Assembly (NCBI GenBank): GCA_037441385.1
Contig: JBBISH010000070.1
Span: 1 to 33,934 of the forward strand
Length of the DNA: 33,934 nucleotides
Direction: 5' to 3'
Source: Myxococcales bacterium
GTDB lineage: Bacteria > Myxococcota_A > UBA9042
A program made the translations under genes and the position numbers. The notes under the pieces were generated by a model. It did no database searches. It saw nothing but the letters and a program-made list of their open reading frames with translations, and had not been told where the DNA came from. Positions 17,387-25,544 of this stretch are shown piece after piece (the stretch's first letter is position 1; each line of letters begins with the position of its first letter).

Positions 17387-17510
17387 GGAATCCGTCTAAT
17401 TCGGGTCGGAGCCCTCGCCATTTCTCCGGGCCCGAACCGGGGCCCCCGCCAGATTCTTGCGGGTTGCACAGCGGGTTGGGGACGCAGACCAGGCGTGAAT
17501 CCGCCAGGGT
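17387..17510. repeat. Dispersed ~120-bp structured intergenic repeat, copy 3 (more diverged)
   Basis: Ungapped alignment to copy 1 at an offset of 4686 bp: cgggcccgaaccggggcccccgccagattc...gttgca...caggcgtgaatc. Confidence 0.8.
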
Positions 17511-17536
17511 TCGCTGCCGCGGCCGCCGCGCATCGG

Positions 17537-19834
17537 TCAAGGGGGACCGTCCACGCGCTGCAGCGGACACAGCAAAAGCGAAAACGGCTTCTCGCCCAGC
17601 TTGCCAAAATCGACCACCACTTCGCCGTTGCCACTGCGCACCACGGTGCCCGCTCCGTACTTGGCGTGGCGCACCGGCGCACCGACCGGCCAGGCCGGAT
17701 CGCCCGCTGCTGTGGCGGCCTCGCTGGGCGGAGCCAAATGCACCGGCTCGGCTTGATCGGCAAAGCGGCACACCGCCGCGGGCAAGGCCAGCAGCCACTC
17801 GCTGGGCATGGGCATGCCCTGCGCCATCGCAGGTTGCATGTGCCACGAGATCTCCAAGGTCTCGCGCGCTCGGCTCAGGCCCACGAAGAACAGGCGCCGC
17901 TCTTCGGCCAGGGCGTCGGGATCCGTGTAGGCGGCGGCCAGCGGCAGAATTCCCTGGTTGCAACCGCTGATGACCACATGATCGAATTCTAGGCCCTTGG
18001 CGGCGTGCAGGGTAAGAAGCTGCACCCCATCGGCGTCGGCCTCGGCTTGCGGCCCTTCGGCCTGCAGGGTGCGCAAGGCGTCTTGCCAGCTGGGATGCCT
18101 GGCCAGGGCGGCCGTCCATTGGCGCAGGGCTTGGCGCACGTCGCGCACGTCGCGGGCGTGGTCGCGGTGGGTTGGCCGCAGGCGCTGGGCCAGGTCCAGT
18201 GCCCCGAACACGTCCGGCTCCGCACTCGCCGGCAAGTTCGCCAGGCTGGTCAAGAAGGTGCAGACCTCGTCGCGCTGGCGACAGAGCTGGGTGCCGGGCG
18301 TGCCCGGATTCTGCCGCAAGTGGTTCAGCCAAAATTCGGCGGCGTGAGCCGGGGCCGCGATCAGGATCCCCTCCCGATCTTCCTTGGGTTTTCCCAATAG
18401 TTTTGCGGTGCCAAAGCCATAGCGGTTGTCGGTCAGCGCGTCGCGCAGCGGCTGCGGGTCGCTCGCCACGGAGCTGGCCAGCAAGCGCAGAAGCCAGGCC
18501 GCGGCCGGTCGCTCGTGCCAACCACCGCTGGGAGGGTCGGCGCACGGAACCCCTTGTTGCTGCAAGTGTTCACGCACCACCGCCAACTGCCGCCGGGTCC
18601 GCGCCAGCACCGCGACCTGCCGATACGGTGTCCCATCGCGGTGCAGCTGGGCAAAGCGCCGGGCCAAGTACATCGCCTCTTGTTGGGGCGTATGATGTTG
18701 CAGAACCAGCACTTTGCCGCCCGATGGGCGGGTCGGCTGCAGCGCACCACCTTGAGCAACGCGACCCAGCGCGGCTTGAGCTGTTGCCAAAATCTCGGGC
18801 GTAGAGCGGTAGTTGTTGGGCAGAACGAACGAGTCGCACTGCAATTGGCCACTCAACTCGTCAAAAACATATGGATTTGAACCGCGCCAGCCATAGATGG
18901 ACTGGTTCGGGTCGCCTACCGCAAAGAAATGCTCGCTCCGCACGGCCAGCGCGGCCACCAGGGTGACTTCGCCGGGGGCGCAATCCTGCAGCTCATCGAC
19001 CACCAGCGCGCCCAGCAGCGGCGTTGAGTCGCGGGCCAAACAGGCGCCGGCCACGCCAATCAAGTCTGCAAAATCCATCACGTTCTGCGCACGCTTCTCG
19101 ATAGCGTACAGCTCGGCGAGCTGGGCCAGATCGTCCTCGGCCCGCATGTTACCGCGCCGCACCGCACGGCCCAGGCGCAATCCCTCGAGCCGCGCCAGCC
19201 ACTGCGCCGGGAACTTCACGTCCAAGCCGTGGCGCCGCACCAGAGTTTGCAGCATGTCCAGGGCCGCGTCCTCGTCCAGGATCCCAAAATCAGGCCGCCA
19301 TCCGGTCGGTTGCAGGTCCAGTTCGTCGAGCAGCAGCGTGCGCGCCACGCCATGCAGGGTGCCAAACAGCCGAAACGCCGCAGGTGGCGGCGGCTCCGGC
19401 AACAATTGGCTAAGCCGGTCGACCAGTTGCGCAGCCGCTCGCGTGGTAAAGGTGGTCACCGCCATGCGCTCAAGGGGCACGCCGTGGACGAGGTGCAGCC
19501 AGAGCACCCGGTGCGCCAACACGGCCGTCTTGCCGCTGCCGACTTGGGCTCGCACCACCGCCCGCTGAGCCACCGCGGTGGCGGCGGCCTGTTGCCACGG
19601 GTCCAGGCGTTGCAGGCTGTGCGCCAGGCCAGGCAACACCGCTTGGGCATGGCCGATTTGCGTAGCCAGAGCCCGGGCGTCCGGCGGTTCCACTGCGGTC
19701 GGCTGGCGCAGCAAGGCCGGGGGCAGACTGGCCGCCGACACAGGCGAATCCGCGGGCATGGGCGCAGCAGCCCAAGCAACGCCTGCCGACGCACGCGCTT
19801 GTTCGCGAAGACTTTTGCGAAGGTCGCGGAGCAC
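17537..19834 (-). CDS. UvrD/PcrA-family (SF1A) DNA helicase
   Basis: Q motif LDPWQ, I AQVGSGKT, Ia TFTTRAA, II VVDELQD, III VGDPNQSIYGWRG, IV NYRS, V LTLHAAKGLEFD, VI EERRLFFVGLSRA, and a C-terminal Tudor-like VRHAKYGAGTV. Confidence 0.93.
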   Translation of the reverse strand: MLRDLRKSLREQARASAGVAWAAAPMPADSPVSAASLPPALLRQPTAVEPPDARALATQIGHAQAVLPGLAHSLQRLDPWQQAAATAVAQRAVVRAQVGSGKTAVLAHRVLWLHLVHGVPLERMAVTTFTTRAAAQLVDRLSQLLPEPPPPAAFRLFGTLHGVARTLLLDELDLQPTGWRPDFGILDEDAALDMLQTLVRRHGLDVKFPAQWLARLEGLRLGRAVRRGNMRAEDDLAQLAELYAIEKRAQNVMDFADLIGVAGACLARDSTPLLGALVVDELQDCAPGEVTLVAALAVRSEHFFAVGDPNQSIYGWRGSNPYVFDELSGQLQCDSFVLPNNYRSTPEILATAQAALGRVAQGGALQPTRPSGGKVLVLQHHTPQQEAMYLARRFAQLHRDGTPYRQVAVLARTRRQLAVVREHLQQQGVPCADPPSGGWHERPAAAWLLRLLASSVASDPQPLRDALTDNRYGFGTAKLLGKPKEDREGILIAAPAHAAEFWLNHLRQNPGTPGTQLCRQRDEVCTFLTSLANLPASAEPDVFGALDLAQRLRPTHRDHARDVRDVRQALRQWTAALARHPSWQDALRTLQAEGPQAEADADGVQLLTLHAAKGLEFDHVVISGCNQGILPLAAAYTDPDALAEERRLFFVGLSRARETLEISWHMQPAMAQGMPMPSEWLLALPAAVCRFADQAEPVHLAPPSEAATAAGDPAWPVGAPVRHAKYGAGTVVRSGNGEVVVDFGKLGEKPFSLLLCPLQRVDGPP

Positions 19835-19917
19835 GGCTGCCCTTTGCCGGTAGAGGTGGTCCTAGCGCCGGTCACGCTGCGAGTCGCTCCAACCAGCAGG
19901 GCGCGGCCCGCCCCACG

Positions 19918-22695
19918 CTAGTTGATCGAGTCGTCGCCCGCGAGCACGTAGCCGCTGGCCAAGACGTCGTTGGCCTCGCGTTCGGTGGTCGGCGCGTCGG
20001 TGGTCAGGTCGTCGTGCCGCCGCTGGACCTTGATTTGCTTGTGCAAAGCCCGCTCGCGCTCGTCGTTGCCCACTTCGACCGCAAGTCCAAAGTCGACCGG
20101 CACGGCGATCACCGCAGCCAGCTCGGCCACCAACCGACGGCGGGTGTCGTCTTGGTCGAGCCACGCCGCCAGTCCCGGACTGGTCAAGTGCAAGACAAGC
20201 TTACTATCGCGAACTTCCACGCCCAAGACGCCAGCCAGCACTTCGGCACCAGGGCAGCGGCGCTGCCGCAAGCGGATGCATACTTCGCGCCAGCGTGGCA
20301 CGGTCTCGTCCCACGCCAGGGGCGGCATTGCGGCGATTTCGCTAGTTGTTGCCAATGGTTGTGCGCCCGGCCGCCGCAGTGCGCTGGGCAGCGGAATCGC
20401 CGAGTCAAAGTTCTGCAGCGCCCAGGCGATCAGGCGTTTGTCGCGGACCCAGTCGCCCACGCAGGCCGGACAGCCGGACTTGCAGCGGCAGTTCTGCACC
20501 AGGCTGTTGGCGTCGTACAGGACTTCCGTCCAGAAATCAAAGGATTTGGCCGCATAGCCCAGGCCGCCGGGGTGGGCGTCGTAGCAGACCACGCCCGTAG
20601 CGGTGCGGCCGTCGTCGTCGTCGGTGTAGTGGAAGCTGCTGCCGCGCAAGTCGCTGGCTTCGGCCATGGTTTTTAGGCGTGCGCAGGCGGTGATGGCGTG
20701 GACCACCCCGCTCAGCGCGTCTTGCCGCTCTTGGCCCAGCGCGGCCAGCACGTCTTCGGGCACTTGCAGCCACACCGCCTCGGTTTCAAGCCGCAGGCGC
20801 AGTTGCTCGTGCAAGGCTTCGTAGCCCAAGTTCTGATGCGACTGGAATTCCAGCATCTTGTAGCCCACCACGTCGTCTTGCACCCGCACGTCGCCAAAAT
20901 GGACGCGGCTGCGCCCGCAGGCCTTGCTCTCTTGCGTCAGCAGTACGTCGATGTGGCTGCGGACGTCGGGCTGCGTGTAGAAGTGCTGTTCGACGGGCAC
21001 TACTGTGGCCACGTGCGCGACCAGATCCAGCGCCTCGACCTGGTATTGCACGCCGTCGTGCAGGTACACCGCCCGCGGGTGGGCCTCGCGGTAGACCTGC
21101 GGCCGGTCCATTTCGGTGATGGTGGTGCCGGTGTGGCGGTTGACCAGCTTGAAGCGGTCTTTGTCCACGTTGCGCAAGCTGAATTCGCCGGCCGGGAAGG
21201 CACTGCCGCACCACTGCCACGCACCCATGGCCTGGCGCACCTCGCCCGCTTTGGCCAGCACCGGCAGGATCTCGCCCAGGTCGGGGAAGATCGCGGCGTC
21301 ATTCAGCGACAAGGGCAATTCTGCTGCCGCCGCCCGCACATGCGCCAGCTGGATCGCCAAGTTGTCGCGATCGACCACCGCGTGCTCGGCCGGTTGCCCC
21401 ACCAGCCAGTCGGGGTTCTCGGCGATGTGCTGATCCACGGGCGTGACGGCCAACAGCACGATTGCGTGGGCCTTTTCTTGGCGCCGGCCGGCGCGGCCCA
21501 TCTGCTGCCAAAACGAGGCACGGGTACCCGGAAAGCCGCCTTGCACCACCACTTCCAGCGCGCCGATGTCGATGCCCAGCTCCAGCGCATTGGTCGACAC
21601 CACGCCCAGCAACCGCCCGTGCGACAGATCCTGTTCGACTTTGCGCCGTTCCTCGGGCGTGTAGCCGCCGCGGTAGCCGGCCAGCAGGTACGACTCGTCG
21701 TGCCCGGCCACCCGCGCCAACCGATCGCGCGACTCTTTGAGCACGATCTCGGTCTCTTTGCGCGACCGGCAAAAGGCGATGGTGCGGTGCCGCTGTTCGA
21801 TGAGCCACGGCAAAAGCACCGTCATTTCGCTGGCGACCATCTTGCGCTGCTCGTTCTTGAGCATCGGTGGCTGCCAGAAGTGGATGACCTTGCCGGCCGA
21901 GGGCGAGCCATCCTCGTCGATGAGGACCATCTTGGCGCCGGCCTGATGCAAGCACAGCAACTCGGCGTGTTCGCGGGCGTTGGCGATCGTTGCAGAGCTG
22001 CAAAGAAAAGTGGGATTTGAGCCGTAATGCTGACAAATTCGCCACAAACGCCGCATCACCCCGGCAAAGTGCGCGCCGAACGCGCCGCGGTAGGTGTGCA
22101 GTTCGTCGACGACGATGTACTTCAGATTGCGGAAAATATGCGAGAATCCCTGGCGGCCGTGGTTGGGCAGCAGCGCCGTGTTCAGCATGTCGGGGTTGGT
22201 CAGGACCAGGTGGGCGCGATCGCGGATGCGGGTGCGCTCGGCGGGCGGGGTGTCGCCATCGTAGACGCCCGCGTCGATGCGGGGCCCGCCCATCTGGTCG
22301 ATGAGGCCGACGATGCCGCGCAACTGGTCTTGACTCAAGGCCTTGGTGGGGAACAGCAGCAGCGAACGCGCCGATGCGTCTTCTAGCACCGACTGCAGCA
22401 CGGGCAGCAGGTAGGTGAGCGATTTTCCCGAGGCCGTACCAGTGGTCACTACTACGTGCTCGCCGCGCTGCGCCGCCTCGAAGCCGCGGGCTTGGTGCAC
22501 GTAGAGCTGGTGAATGCCCCGATAGCCCAGGGCAGCCCGGAGCTTGGGGTGCAAGGCCGGCGGAAACTCCGCGTAGCGGGCCTCGCGCGGGGGGATCTCG
22601 CGGGTGGCCACGATGCGGTCGGCGTAGCGGCCCAGGTCCAGCGGCGGTTTGTGGCGTTTCTTTGGCGGATCCAGAGGTTGTGTGGGTTCGCTCAT
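19918..22695 (-). CDS. SF2 DEAD/DEAH helicase with DUF1998 (MrfA/YprA/SftH/Hrq1 family) plus C-terminal extension
   Basis: LYVHQ, TGTASGKS, FPTKALSQDQ, YDGDT, TNPDML, DELH, SATIAN, YRGGY, STNALELGIDIG, QQMGRAGR, PGGLG and CRCKSGCPAC. ATG 22695 has a GGAGGT RBS. Confidence 0.93.
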   Translation of the reverse strand: MSEPTQPLDPPKKRHKPPLDLGRYADRIVATREIPPREARYAEFPPALHPKLRAALGYRGIHQLYVHQARGFEAAQRGEHVVVTTGTASGKSLTYLLPVLQSVLEDASARSLLLFPTKALSQDQLRGIVGLIDQMGGPRIDAGVYDGDTPPAERTRIRDRAHLVLTNPDMLNTALLPNHGRQGFSHIFRNLKYIVVDELHTYRGAFGAHFAGVMRRLWRICQHYGSNPTFLCSSATIANAREHAELLCLHQAGAKMVLIDEDGSPSAGKVIHFWQPPMLKNEQRKMVASEMTVLLPWLIEQRHRTIAFCRSRKETEIVLKESRDRLARVAGHDESYLLAGYRGGYTPEERRKVEQDLSHGRLLGVVSTNALELGIDIGALEVVVQGGFPGTRASFWQQMGRAGRRQEKAHAIVLLAVTPVDQHIAENPDWLVGQPAEHAVVDRDNLAIQLAHVRAAAAELPLSLNDAAIFPDLGEILPVLAKAGEVRQAMGAWQWCGSAFPAGEFSLRNVDKDRFKLVNRHTGTTITEMDRPQVYREAHPRAVYLHDGVQYQVEALDLVAHVATVVPVEQHFYTQPDVRSHIDVLLTQESKACGRSRVHFGDVRVQDDVVGYKMLEFQSHQNLGYEALHEQLRLRLETEAVWLQVPEDVLAALGQERQDALSGVVHAITACARLKTMAEASDLRGSSFHYTDDDDGRTATGVVCYDAHPGGLGYAAKSFDFWTEVLYDANSLVQNCRCKSGCPACVGDWVRDKRLIAWALQNFDSAIPLPSALRRPGAQPLATTSEIAAMPPLAWDETVPRWREVCIRLRQRRCPGAEVLAGVLGVEVRDSKLVLHLTSPGLAAWLDQDDTRRRLVAELAAVIAVPVDFGLAVEVGNDERERALHKQIKVQRRHDDLTTDAPTTEREANDVLASGYVLAGDDSIN

Positions 22696-22888
22696 GTCGC
22701 ACCTCCCGTTCGGCCGTGCCGCGCCACAGCGAGCGAGGGCCATGCTCCGGACGCCACGCTAGCATCTCCTGAACATTTGTCTAGTGGTGTTGTCACTCTG
22801 CGTGTTGTGGCTCCGCGCGGTTTCGTTGCCGCCGCCGATCGACTATAAGAGCGGCGCGCACCGCCGCCGGGTGCCCAGCGAGACTGCC

Positions 22889-24283
22889 ATGTTCCCCCAG
22901 AAGCCCGCCCCCAAGCCGTCTGTGCGCAGCGCCGACCACGGTGTCCGCCTGGGGCCGCTGCCCGAGCTGATGGTGTCGTTCGTCAAGCAGCGCTTTGGCC
23001 GGCCGCTGGCGGCCCACAGCGAGGCGGTGGCGGCGATCTCCCGCAATTTTACAAGTGATCGCAACGAGCTAAGTCCCGCGTACCTGTCGTCGCCGCCCGC
23101 GCGCGCCGCCTACTTGGCGTACTACGCGATCACCGGCGCTGCCACGGTGCAGACAGCGATGGAGCTAGCGGGCGCCTGGGCGAAATTGCCCAAGGAACGC
23201 CTGCGGGTCCTGGATCTGGGTGCGGGGCCGCTAAGCGCCAGCCTGGGCATTGCCGCGCTTTTGCCGCCCAGCACCAAGCTGGCCGTGACGGCCATCGACG
23301 GCGTACGCACCGCCATGCAGGACGGCGGGCAAGTGCTGGCCACCTTGCGCCCCGACGCCGAGCTGACCATCGAGGCCGGCAACTTGCGCGAGGGGCGCTT
23401 CTTGCACGCGGCGGCCGGTGGCGAATACGACCTGATTCTCTTTGCCAATGTGCTGAACGAGTGGTCGGTAGGGTCGCGCAAGACCATGACGCCTGGGGCG
23501 TTGGTCGAAGATGTGTTGTCGCGGCACTTGGCGCCGGGCGGCATCGCGCTGATCGTAGAGCCAGCGACCCGCCACGGCTCGCACGTGGTCATCGAGGCCC
23601 GCGAGCATCTGGCGCTGGCCTTGGGCTGGCCGATCCTGGCGCCCTGCCGCGGCGCGAGCCAGTGTCCGCTAGCAAGTTCGCACAAGGACTGGTGTTTCAC
23701 CGAGCGATCGTGGACGCGGCCGTCGCACATCGTGGCCTACGATGCCGCCATGGGCCACGAGCGCGCGACGCTGAAGTTCAGCTACCTGGCGCTGCAGCGG
23801 GGCGAGGCGGAACCCAGCGATAGCAAGCAATACCGCGTCATCGGCGGTCCGATGCGCGACGCGGGCCTGCTGCGCCGCTACGTGTGTGGACCCGACGGAC
23901 GCCGCGTAGTCGAAGTACAGGATCATCAGGCGCCTGCAGGACTTTCGCACGCTTGGCGGGGCGATCTGGTGACCTTGAACGGCACTCCGGGCGAGACGAA
24001 CCGCCAGGGGCGCCGCGAGCCCGTGTTGCAGTTGACCGATCTGCCACCGGCACGCCCGCGTCCGCCCGAACCTCGCAAGCCCCCACGTGAGCGGCCGCGG
24101 CCCGGCTTTGAGCCCAACGCGCCCCAACGCGACGAATCGACCCGGCCGCACGGACCCAGGCCCAGCACACCGCGAACCAGCACGCCGCGAACCAGCACGC
24201 CGCGACCCGCCGCAGCGCGACCGCGTGCCAACGGACCGCGCGCCAGCGGAACGCCGGGGCCGCGGCCCAAGAAAGAGAAGTAG
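22889..24283 (+). CDS. Rsm22/METTL17-family class I SAM-dependent methyltransferase with Pro/Arg-rich tail
   Basis: AYLAYY, VLDLGAGP, YDLILFANVLNE, IVEPAT, ILAPC.....CP.......WC, KFSYL and VCGPDG. Start could alternatively be 22784. Confidence 0.82.
   Translation: MFPQKPAPKPSVRSADHGVRLGPLPELMVSFVKQRFGRPLAAHSEAVAAISRNFTSDRNELSPAYLSSPPARAAYLAYYAITGAATVQTAMELAGAWAKLPKERLRVLDLGAGPLSASLGIAALLPPSTKLAVTAIDGVRTAMQDGGQVLATLRPDAELTIEAGNLREGRFLHAAAGGEYDLILFANVLNEWSVGSRKTMTPGALVEDVLSRHLAPGGIALIVEPATRHGSHVVIEAREHLALALGWPILAPCRGASQCPLASSHKDWCFTERSWTRPSHIVAYDAAMGHERATLKFSYLALQRGEAEPSDSKQYRVIGGPMRDAGLLRRYVCGPDGRRVVEVQDHQAPAGLSHAWRGDLVTLNGTPGETNRQGRREPVLQLTDLPPARPRPPEPRKPPRERPRPGFEPNAPQRDESTRPHGPRPSTPRTSTPRTSTPRPAAARPRANGPRASGTPGPRPKKEK
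24162..24205 (+). repeat. 3 x 15-bp in-frame tandem repeat (ccagcacRccgcgaa; STPRT)
   Basis: Units at 24162-24176, 24177-24191 and 24192-24205 (last one 14 bp). Confidence 0.85.
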
Positions 24284-24294
24284 CAGGTTGCGGG

Positions 24295-25320
24295 CTACTG
24301 CGGGCAGCCGCCCGGAGGCGTCTTGCCGGCCACCGCCAGGCCGAATTGCGCGGTCAAGGGCAGCGGGGAAGGCCCGTCGGGGGCGGCGATGGCCAAAATC
24401 TTGTGACTCCCCTGCGAAGTTGCGGTCAAGAGCGCGTCGCTGCCCAGGTCGCCACCCAAGCCATGGTACGAGCCCGCAACTGCCGGGTTGGCAGCAGCGG
24501 CGCTGGCTTCTGCCGCAAGATCGTCTTGCACCGCAATGGGTTGTCCGGCGGACGGCGGTCCCATCGCCTCGGACACCAGCAAGTAAATGACGCGCCCGCG
24601 ATCGCCGCCCAGCAGGGGCAAAGGCTTGCCGCGGCGCAACCAAGTGGTCGCCACTTGGAACGGTTGGCATGGGGCCGGGTTGGCCGGCTCGGTCTTGAGG
24701 CCCACTTCCAATCCGTCGGGACCGGCAAATCGCGGCGCCTGCTCGACCCACGGCTCCGCTGGCGCGTCGGGGCCGGCGACCGTCAAGTCCACCGGGACCT
24801 TGGCCATCGGCTTGCCCTTGGGCTGGAACAGGAAATACAGCAAGTGCCGGCCGCCCTGGGGGAATTTGACCGTGAATTGGCGTTTGCCCTGGGCGCCCGC
24901 GGCGACCGGCGGTGCGCTCTGCACCTGCAACCAGCCAAGATCGTAGCGCATCGCCACCATCAGCAGATCGCCCCCCAGCAGCGGATCCAGCTGGGTGATG
25001 ACTTGGCCCTTGGCATCGATCGGCGCGACGCGGATCCCGGTCGGCTGCTTGGCCTGGGGCTGGCTGCCGCCACCGAACTGAAAGTCCAGCGCCACCGAGG
25101 CGGCGGGCGCTTGTTCGGGCGTGGCGGGGTGGGCGAGCTGAGCGGCGGTGGCTGGCTGCGCCAAGGCTGTGGCCTGGGTCGCCGGCTCGGCAAGCGGCGC
25201 AGGTGCGGATTTTTCGGCGCTCGGGGCAGCCGCAGGCGGCGCTGGAGTTGACTTGCCGCACGCCGCTGCAAGGGCGAGCAGCAGCGTTGAAGCAAAAAGG
25301 ACGAATGTGCGTTGGGGCAT
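24295..25320 (-). CDS. Lipoprotein with degenerate similarity to secreted heavy-metal-binding (YtkA/FixH-like) proteins
   Basis: MPQRTFVLFASTLLLALAAAC lipoprotein signal, Pro/Ala linker, then GQVITQLDPLLGG..MVAMRYDL and FPQGGRHLLYFLF. Confidence 0.65.
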   Translation of the reverse strand: MPQRTFVLFASTLLLALAAACGKSTPAPPAAAPSAEKSAPAPLAEPATQATALAQPATAAQLAHPATPEQAPAASVALDFQFGGGSQPQAKQPTGIRVAPIDAKGQVITQLDPLLGGDLLMVAMRYDLGWLQVQSAPPVAAGAQGKRQFTVKFPQGGRHLLYFLFQPKGKPMAKVPVDLTVAGPDAPAEPWVEQAPRFAGPDGLEVGLKTEPANPAPCQPFQVATTWLRRGKPLPLLGGDRGRVIYLLVSEAMGPPSAGQPIAVQDDLAAEASAAAANPAVAGSYHGLGGDLGSDALLTATSQGSHKILAIAAPDGPSPLPLTAQFGLAVAGKTPPGGCPQ

Positions 25321-25501
25321 GGGACACGCTGGTGCCGGCCGCAGTGGCCGACCCCATTGTGCGCAGGTCGCGGGCAGCCTGCAATCGACCGGCCCGACAA
25401 GGCTGTGGCCACGGCCGCTTGCAAACCAGCGGACCGAGTTGCAGCATCTTGGCACTGCGGATGTAGCCACGGGGGCTCCACATCCCGTTTGAATCGCGAA
25501 C

Positions 25502-25518
25502 CTGGCGTGCACTCTGCT
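25502..25518 (+). promoter_or_regulatory. Candidate sigma-54 (-24/-12) promoter
   Basis: ctGGcgtgcactctGCt has GG-N10-GC spacing (GG 25504-05, GC 25516-17), 27 bp upstream of ATG 25545. The match to TGGCAC-N5-TTGC is imperfect. Confidence 0.3.
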
Positions 25519-25544
25519 TTCGCCGGAACCTCGAGGGACCCGAA

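Noticed and set aside
20435..20455. DWVRDK hexapeptide identical to a stretch I recall from E. coli DnaA
   Set aside because: It lies outside the register of the proposed DnaA-like domain, so I treat it as coincidence.
17537..24283. Calling the helicases plus methyltransferase a DISARM, Druantia or Gabija system
   Set aside because: The methyltransferase is Rsm22-like rather than a DNA methylase and is divergently oriented. The other required components (DrmA/C/D, other Dru genes, GajA) are absent.
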